A stretch of DNA of 64,000 nucleotides. It comes from an uncultured Candidatus Saccharibacteria bacterium (GTDB lineage Bacteria > Patescibacteriota > Saccharimonadia > Saccharimonadales > CAZDBS01). Location of the stretch: the NCBI GenBank assembly GCA_964635445.1, contig CAZWNK010000001.1, forward strand, positions 3,422 to 67,421, read 5' to 3'. Numbering within the stretch: position 1 is the stretch's first letter; every line of letters starts with the position of its first letter. The translations under genes were made by a program, and so were the position numbers. This document shows, one piece after another, positions 57,859 to 64,000 of the stretch. The notes under the pieces are model-generated. The model saw only the letters and a list, made by a program, of their open reading frames with translations, did not search any database and was not told the origin of the DNA.

Positions 57859-58717
57859 GAAGCGTTCTTAACTCATGGAGAGCTATTTTCGCCTGTTCAG
57901 CACGTGGTGGCGCACCCGCCACATCTTCGATACCGACCGGTATACCATGCCAATGATAGTCGTACTCCATAAAATCCACTCCTTTACCCGGGATAGTATG
58001 AGCCAGTATGACTGAGGGACGTTCGACAACTGCACGCGCCTGAGAACATGAATCGATGATCTCTTGGATATTATGGCCATCGATATCTTGGACGTGCCAG
58101 CCAAAGCCCTCCCATTTGGCGCGTAAATTCTCAAGCGGCATGACCTTTTCTGTCATCCCATCGATCTGAATGTTGTTGCGGTCGACGATGGCGATGACAT
58201 TATGTAGCTTGTACTTGCTGATAAACATCGCCGCTTCCCAGACGTTACCCTCGTCTAGTTCCCCGTCGCCGGTCACCACATATACCCATCGATGACTTTG
58301 GTTGTTCAGCTGCATACCCAATGCCATACCAGCCGCCTGACTTAAGCCCGAACCCAATGGCCCGCTTGTCGTTTCTAGCCCTGGCAGTCGCAATCGCTCG
58401 GGATGCCCTTGTAAACGTGAACCAAATTTGCGAAGCGTTTGTAACTCTTCGCGATCAAAATACCCAGCGTTTGCAAGTGTGGCGTACAGACCCGGCGCGC
58501 AATGACCATTGCTTAGCACAAAGACATCACGATCCTCCCAGCTTGGATTCTTCGGATTGTGGCGAAGTATATCAAAATACATAGCAGTGAATACGTCGGC
58601 GAGATCCAATGGACCCGCGGAATGTCCACTGCCAGCTTCTTCCAGCATCTTGATGATATCTTGCCGGATAGTATTGGCGATGAGTTCGAGTTCTTTGACT
58701 GTACGTGTTTGTGGCAT
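57830..58717 (-). CDS. transketolase, N-terminal (TPP-binding) subunit
   Basis: GHCAPGLYA and GDGELDEGNVWEA TPP-binding motifs. Confidence 0.9.
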   Translation of the reverse strand: MPQTRTVKELELIANTIRQDIIKMLEEAGSGHSAGPLDLADVFTAMYFDILRHNPKNPSWEDRDVFVLSNGHCAPGLYATLANAGYFDREELQTLRKFGSRLQGHPERLRLPGLETTSGPLGSGLSQAAGMALGMQLNNQSHRWVYVVTGDGELDEGNVWEAAMFISKYKLHNVIAIVDRNNIQIDGMTEKVMPLENLRAKWEGFGWHVQDIDGHNIQEIIDSCSQARAVVERPSVILAHTIPGKGVDFMEYDYHWHGIPVGIEDVAGAPPRAEQAKIALHELRTLRGKIRSEHE

Positions 58718-58760
58718 AGAAAAACTGCGATCCTCTTTCTCTAAAACTATACCATAACCT

Positions 58761-59405
58761 TTATGAGACGAGACTTACCAATCGACTATATACGTCCTGA
58801 GGTTTGTCTGCGTGCTGAATAGCACCCCCCACGTTCAATACGTCCACGCCACCGTCAACAAGTTTTTTGGCATTATCTTGATTTACGCCACCGTCCCAAC
58901 CCAGCTCAAGAGAGGAGAGATCAGAGGCCAGAGACCGGAGGTCGGAGACTTTGGAAAGCAAGTCCAGGTTTGCTGTACCACCATAATGCCCAAGGTTTCC
59001 AGAAAAAATTAGAACGTGATCAAATTCAGCAACAACCGACTCGATGTTCGATGCGGGTGTGTCAGCCAAAAGCGCAACTCCTCGTTTGATACCGAGCTTC
59101 CCGAACTCTGAACTCCGATCTCTGAACTCTCTAAATCCCTCCGCCTCTGCGTGTACGATGACGAGATGAGGCTTTAGAGAGATCAACGTCTCTATATGTC
59201 TTTCCGGATGTTGATACATGAGATGTATGTCAGCAATGATCTCCTCGGGCCACCAATAGTTGATAAGCTCAGGACTTCTTGTCTCTACGAATTCACCGTC
59301 CATAAGATCCAGGTGTATTCGTTCACTGAAGCTAGCAATCTTCTCGAGCTGCTCTTTATACTCTTTGACAGAATACGGTGTCACCGAGGGACATATACAT
59401 GCCAT
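58761..59405 (-). CDS. rpe: ribulose-phosphate 3-epimerase
   Basis: RPE-family TIM barrel with HLDLMDG and the metal-binding His/Asp pattern. Confidence 0.88.
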   Translation of the reverse strand: MACICPSVTPYSVKEYKEQLEKIASFSERIHLDLMDGEFVETRSPELINYWWPEEIIADIHLMYQHPERHIETLISLKPHLVIVHAEAEGFREFRDRSSEFGKLGIKRGVALLADTPASNIESVVAEFDHVLIFSGNLGHYGGTANLDLLSKVSDLRSLASDLSSLELGWDGGVNQDNAKKLVDGGVDVLNVGGAIQHADKPQDVYSRLVSLVS

Positions 59406-59848
59406 CAGATATCGTCCATTTGTCTATTACGTCGGATGTACCGTGTCGCTCCCGCAAACGGTGTCTCGAGCCACGCCTTGACTATCGCGTTCGTTTCATC
59501 TTCTTTCAAAATCCGAGAAGGCAAGCACAAGACATTGCTATCGTTATCATTACGCGTGATCTTTGCTTCCTCAACATCCCAGACGACAGACGCCCTGATG
59601 CCTTTGAAACGATTCGCAGCCATAGCCATGCCCTGCCCGCTGCCGCATATCAAAATTGCTCGAGGGTCCTGATCAGTACTACCGAGTATTTTTGTTGCTG
59701 CTATTGCAGCAAATTGAGGAAAATCATCCTCAGGGTCCAATTGCTTGTCGCCAACATCTTCGACATCGTAGTTATTGCGGGAAAGGTAGGCAAACAACTC
59801 TTGCTTCAGTTCAAACCCATTATGATCAGAGCCTACGTATATTTTCAT
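59405..59848 (-). CDS. rpiB: ribose-5-phosphate isomerase B
   Basis: RpiB/LacAB family (ILICGSGQGMAMAANR). Confidence 0.9.
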   Translation of the reverse strand: MKIYVGSDHNGFELKQELFAYLSRNNYDVEDVGDKQLDPEDDFPQFAAIAATKILGSTDQDPRAILICGSGQGMAMAANRFKGIRASVVWDVEEAKITRNDNDSNVLCLPSRILKEDETNAIVKAWLETPFAGATRYIRRNRQMDDI

Positions 59849-60864
59849 GCCTGCTGCAATGCTTTACCGACGTCTGCCGTCATCTCAACGAGCCTGTTGC
59901 TATAACCCCACTCATTGTCATACCAAGCGACAACTTTGACCATGTTGCCACCTATGACAGCAGTGAGCGGCAGATCGACAGTGGCTGAGTGGCTGTCACC
60001 TTTGAAATCCGAAGACACGAGTTCCTCTTCAGTAACTGCAAGTATGCCTTGGTAATACGGTTCCTTTGCGGCCTTTTTGAAAACTTCTTTGACTTCATCG
60101 ACAGTAACATCTCGTTTGGTGATCACCACAAAATCAGACAACGACACGACAGGGGTCGGAACACGAATCGATAATCCACCGAAGACGCCTTTGAGTGACG
60201 GCATGGCTTGTGCAGCGGCTATCGAAGCCCCGGTCGTTGTCGGCACGATATTCTCAGCAGCAGCCCGAGCTTCGCGTAGATCTTTGGCTGGAGCGTCCTG
60301 CAAGCGCTGGCTGGCCGTATAGCTATGGATGGTCGTCATCATCGCCTTCTCTATACCAAATGCCTGTTCCAACACCGCCATGACTGGTGTGATGCAGTTC
60401 GTCGTACATGATGCGTTGGATATGACTGCTCCGGCATGGTCGAGTTCATCTTCGTTGACGCCAAGGACTATTGTATTGGCACCTTCGCCTTTAGCGGGAG
60501 CCGAGATGATAACTTTTTTGGCTCCAGCTTGCTCAACATGCGCTTTTGCTTTGGCGGGATCTACAAACAGACCCGTTGATTCTATGACGACGTCTACGGC
60601 CAAGTCTTTCCATGGCAACTCTGCAGGATCAGTCTTGGCAAATACCTGTATTGGCGTGCCATTCACGATGATATGCTGGTCATCAAATGTTACTTGGTTT
60701 TGGTAAGTTCCATAACTTGAGTCGTACTTCAAAAGGTGTGCCAATGTCTTCGTGTCGGTCAGATCGTTGATCGCGACGATCTCAAGATCATCACGCTCAA
60801 AGGCAATTTTGAACGCATTGCGACCGATTCGCCCAAAACCATTGATAGCGATTTTTGCTTTCAT
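59845..60864 (-). CDS. gap: glyceraldehyde-3-phosphate dehydrogenase
   Basis: NGFGRIGR NAD-binding motif and ASCTTNC active site. Confidence 0.95.
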   Translation of the reverse strand: MKAKIAINGFGRIGRNAFKIAFERDDLEIVAINDLTDTKTLAHLLKYDSSYGTYQNQVTFDDQHIIVNGTPIQVFAKTDPAELPWKDLAVDVVIESTGLFVDPAKAKAHVEQAGAKKVIISAPAKGEGANTIVLGVNEDELDHAGAVISNASCTTNCITPVMAVLEQAFGIEKAMMTTIHSYTASQRLQDAPAKDLREARAAAENIVPTTTGASIAAAQAMPSLKGVFGGLSIRVPTPVVSLSDFVVITKRDVTVDEVKEVFKKAAKEPYYQGILAVTEEELVSSDFKGDSHSATVDLPLTAVIGGNMVKVVAWYDNEWGYSNRLVEMTADVGKALQQA

Positions 60865-60900
60865 TCGTCCTCAATTCGCTTATGCTTGTATACTTAGATA

Positions 60901-61881
60901 CTACTGATTGGCGAACGTTTTCGCAACCATATCATTCCTAGGCGTAAGTATTAGTCGAAGTGATGTAAGTATTCGCTCATAGCGCTCGACTTCACGTCGA
61001 ACTCTTTCATAGGGTGTCAAATTCGCGTTCAAGGTCATACCTAAAGCTGCAGAAATCCCGAGTAACGAGGCGTCGTACTCACCACCTTCTGCTCGAAGCA
61101 GCAATTCCACAACAGTTGGCTCCGGCCCCATTTTTGCAAATAATTGCTCCGCTCTCAGACTCTCATCTCCTTGAGCGCGACACCATACTTTATCAACTAC
61201 GATCTCCGGGATTTGATCTGTAGAGGCAAGCGCAGTGCGACCTACAACCAATTCAGATTTGCTCTTAACTCGACTAACTATAAGACCGTCGATGTGACGC
61301 CAATACAAGTTTGCCTGAAACAGCGTTCTCGGCGTGAAACTGCCTTGGGGCACATAACTTCCGCCCCCTTCCGCATAAAGATGGAGTTTTAGAAGAAGTT
61401 GTACTTCATCCATATACGGAACACGCGATATGTCATCGAGTACCTCTGCTTCTATCTCACCCAGTTGACTAACAACCCCATATCGATCTAAAAAGATGAG
61501 TTCGGATACTGCGGCAGGAGACTTGATCTGGGGAAGCTGGCCTGGCTTTTGAACCCTCCCACTATGAACTGATGGGCGTGTAACGACTTGGGGAAGAGAG
61601 AAAAACCTGCCGACCGAGTTTTTGTCAGGATTGTGCGGATATAGATAGATATGCGCCATTGATCCCGTAAATCGCGTACCACTCTCTTCTGTCCCATCGA
61701 ATAAAGCTCCCTCTCCTGGGACACTGATCACATACAGCTCAAGTTGTGGATTGGTTTTCGGCTCTGACTGCATCACATACCGCAAAGCAACAACCTCACT
61801 GCCTCGCTGACGCTCCATGAGTTCTCGCCAGGCAGCTATTTCCCCCTCTTGTGTCGGTTCTCCCTCGTTGTATGTGGTCAT
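60901..61881 (-). CDS. hypothetical protein (about 326 aa from an internal Met; the full ORF to 61926 would leave only 20 bp before the divergent rel gene)
   Basis: Long ORF with no recognised family, 36 bp upstream of gap. Confidence 0.45.
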   Translation of the reverse strand: MTTYNEGEPTQEGEIAAWRELMERQRGSEVVALRYVMQSEPKTNPQLELYVISVPGEGALFDGTEESGTRFTGSMAHIYLYPHNPDKNSVGRFFSLPQVVTRPSVHSGRVQKPGQLPQIKSPAAVSELIFLDRYGVVSQLGEIEAEVLDDISRVPYMDEVQLLLKLHLYAEGGGSYVPQGSFTPRTLFQANLYWRHIDGLIVSRVKSKSELVVGRTALASTDQIPEIVVDKVWCRAQGDESLRAEQLFAKMGPEPTVVELLLRAEGGEYDASLLGISAALGMTLNANLTPYERVRREVERYERILTSLRLILTPRNDMVAKTFANQ

Positions 61882-61946
61882 ATCTGTTCGATTCCTGGGT
61901 ATTCTATACCTATATTCATGAAGCATCTACGTGATATACACATCAT

Positions 61947-63467
61947 TTGCTCTACGCTTTCTACCTCAAGAGAGCTATACTTTTATCCACAATGTACGCT
62001 GATGATCTATGCAAACTAGCACGTGACCACTATAGCCCTGAAGACTACGGACGAATTCAGAGGGCCATTGCAGTCGCCACAGAAGCTCACGATGGACAAA
62101 TGCGCGCTTCTGGTGAGCCGTACATCACACATCCTCTGAGTGTCGCTGCGATACTCATCGGCTGGCGAATGGATATCGACAGCGTGCTTGCCGGTATATT
62201 GCACGATACTGTCGAGGACACTGACCTCACGCTCGAACAAATCCAAATGTCGTTTGGCGAGGATGTGGCGCATCTAGTCGATAGCGTCACGAAAGTCAGC
62301 CAAGCACGCAGTGGGATGCGCGAGCTAGATTCGTACCTCCCGCGCACCAAAGACAACCTCAGTAAACTTCTGATCGCAACTAGTAAGGACCTCCGTGCGC
62401 TTATCGTCAAACTTGCCGATAGGCTACACAATCTTCGAACACTTGAACACCTGACGCCCAAACAACAGAAAAAAATCGCCAAAGAATCGCTCGAAGTTTT
62501 TGCGCCGTTGGCCGACCGACTTGGTATGGGTATCCTCCGTACCCAGATAGAGGAACTGTCATTTTTCTACCTACACCCCGAACAGTCTCAAAAACTACAT
62601 CGCGAACTCAAAGCTCGTCTTCGCAAAGCACAACGCCAATTCGAGACAATCCGACAAGAAGTCACGAAAACACTTAACGAGCAAGGCATCGTATTTGAAA
62701 TCGATGGCCGAGTCAAAAGCATCTACAGTCTCTACAAAAAGCTCAAAAAAGCCGGATCAATCGAAAATGTATATGATTTACTCGCGCAACGCATCATCGT
62801 CGATACTCCAGCGCAGTGCTATCAAGTGCTCGGGATTTTGCACAACCTCTTTCGGCCTATGCCAACACGCATCAAAGATTACATAGCCTCACCCAAACCT
62901 AACGGCTATCAGAGCCTACACACAACCGTCATTACACCGCATGGTGGCATCGTAGAATTTCAAATTAGAACCAAAGATATGCACGAATTCGCAGAGAGAG
63001 GACTCGCGGCTAGCTTCTATTACAACGAACAGAAGCTCGGCGAGGATTATGTAAACCGAAATATCCAGATGTTGCCACGTCAACTCAAGTGGGTTGCTGA
63101 GCTCCAAGAGGCAACCAAAGATCTCAAAAAAGGCGGCGACTTCAACCCCGAAGACCTGAAAGTTGATCTATTCAGTGATCGCATATTCGTCTATTCCCCA
63201 CGTGGAGATATTTTTGACCTGCCAGTAGGTTCGTTTCCGCTTGATTATGCATTCTCAGTGCATGGTGATCTTGCGCAGCGTGCAGCCGGCTTCAAGATCA
63301 ATGGACTTATCGCGCCTTTTGATCGGCGTCTGAATAATGGCGACGTCGTCGAAGTTATAACGCGAAACAACGTCAAGCCCCACGCCGATTGGCTACAGTA
63401 CGTTCTGTCGCCTCGCGCCAAACAAAAACTCCGCCACTACTTACGTGTGACGGAGCAAGTGTTATAG
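61947..63467 (+). CDS. rel: bifunctional (p)ppGpp synthetase/hydrolase, RelA/SpoT family (short form, no ACT domain)
   Basis: HD domain (HDTVEDT), RelA/SpoT synthetase domain and TGS domain (GDVVEVIT). Confidence 0.9.
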   Translation: MLYAFYLKRAILLSTMYADDLCKLARDHYSPEDYGRIQRAIAVATEAHDGQMRASGEPYITHPLSVAAILIGWRMDIDSVLAGILHDTVEDTDLTLEQIQMSFGEDVAHLVDSVTKVSQARSGMRELDSYLPRTKDNLSKLLIATSKDLRALIVKLADRLHNLRTLEHLTPKQQKKIAKESLEVFAPLADRLGMGILRTQIEELSFFYLHPEQSQKLHRELKARLRKAQRQFETIRQEVTKTLNEQGIVFEIDGRVKSIYSLYKKLKKAGSIENVYDLLAQRIIVDTPAQCYQVLGILHNLFRPMPTRIKDYIASPKPNGYQSLHTTVITPHGGIVEFQIRTKDMHEFAERGLAASFYYNEQKLGEDYVNRNIQMLPRQLKWVAELQEATKDLKKGGDFNPEDLKVDLFSDRIFVYSPRGDIFDLPVGSFPLDYAFSVHGDLAQRAAGFKINGLIAPFDRRLNNGDVVEVITRNNVKPHADWLQYVLSPRAKQKLRHYLRVTEQVL

Positions 63468-63474
63468 AGATGCC

Positions 63475-63999
63475 CTATTTGCGAGATTCTTGATATCGCT
63501 GTATGCACTCCTCGAGAACCTTGGCGGCTGCTTGCTGGTCTCCCCAGCCAGTGATCTCTACTTTGTCACCTTTGAGGTCTTTGTAGTGTTCAAAATAGTG
63601 CTGAGTAGACTTTTTGAACTGCTCACCAAGATCATCAACCGTTTTGATATGATCTTTGCTTTTGTCACTCTTGATCACACCGATGAGTTTATTGTCTACC
63701 TCGCCTGAGTCATTCATGTACATGACACCCAAGACGCGCATCTCGGCCACCATCCCCGTAGGGAGAGCGTCGTCTGTGACAAGTAGAATATCGAGCGCAT
63801 CATTGTCCTCATCAAGCGTACTCGGGATAAATCCATAGTCTGTCGGTGATCCCAAATGCGTCTGATGGATACGATCGATGAAAAAGTACCCGTATTCTGC
63901 ATTGTATTCTACCTTGAGGCGTGAACCTTTTGGATTTTCAATCACGACATTGACAACAGCAGGAGCATCATCTCCCACTGGCAATTGCGTTAAGTTCAT
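63475..63999 (-). CDS. ppa: inorganic pyrophosphatase (family I)
   Basis: Family I PPase motifs (DGDALDILL-type; YG(F/Y)IP). Confidence 0.9.
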   Translation of the reverse strand: MNLTQLPVGDDAPAVVNVVIENPKGSRLKVEYNAEYGYFFIDRIHQTHLGSPTDYGFIPSTLDEDNDALDILLVTDDALPTGMVAEMRVLGVMYMNDSGEVDNKLIGVIKSDKSKDHIKTVDDLGEQFKKSTQHYFEHYKDLKGDKVEITGWGDQQAAAKVLEECIQRYQESRK

Positions 64000-64000
64000 A

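Noticed and set aside
1-64000. CRISPR arrays, rRNA genes, transposases, integrases, phage structural genes
   Set aside because: No short regularly spaced direct repeats, no rRNA-like conserved stretches, and no ORF with DDE/tyrosine-recombinase/terminase-like motifs were seen. Accessory character is inferred only from tRNA adjacency and orphan ORFs.

Overview
Mostly conserved core-genome segment of a small-genome bacterium. Compact genes, a split transketolase, FemX paralogs and a single type IV pilus ATPase tentatively suggest a Saccharibacteria/CPR-like or reduced Gram-positive-type lineage (inference only). About 80% of genes are on the minus strand. Identifiable loci, in order: (partial ORF)-rpsG-rpsL-rpoC-rpoB; clpP; tig; hisS; an ABC-2 exporter (ATPase plus two permeases) with a P-loop kinase; tRNA-Leu(TAG); rsmD-recG-tyrS; a bifunctional PBP1A with a long low-complexity tail; clpC-[HExxH membrane protein]-radA-yacL (Firmicute-like synteny); nusA; two tandem FemX-family genes; yraN-rnhB-rplS; NlpC/P60; pilB; SpoU methyltransferase; two surface proteins; dnaE; ytxG/ytxH-like pair; gatC-gatA-[membrane ORF]-gatB; NUDIX; uvrB; LOG/TIGR00725 protein plus a 415-aa unknown; a tRNA cluster (tRNA-Gly(GCC) flanked by two degenerate tRNA-like sequences) followed by about 575 bp of highly stem-rich non-coding DNA; a sugar-phosphate module (pfkB-kinase, tal, fba, split tkt, rpe, rpiB, gap); rel; ppa. 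No rRNA, CRISPR array, transposase or integrase was found. The most unusual features are non-coding: (1) canonical CIRCE operators (TTAGCACTC-N9-GAGTGCTAA) upstream of clpP and clpC rather than chaperone genes; (2) a roughly 85-nt conserved module with a covarying hairpin, in three copies: two sit between a terminator and CIRCE in the clp leaders, and two flank a 116-aa ORF as inverted repeats; (3) a 575-bp non-coding block with five perfect 8-11 bp stems next to the tRNA cluster, a candidate large structured RNA; (4) a second hairpin family with covariation after rplS and uvrB.
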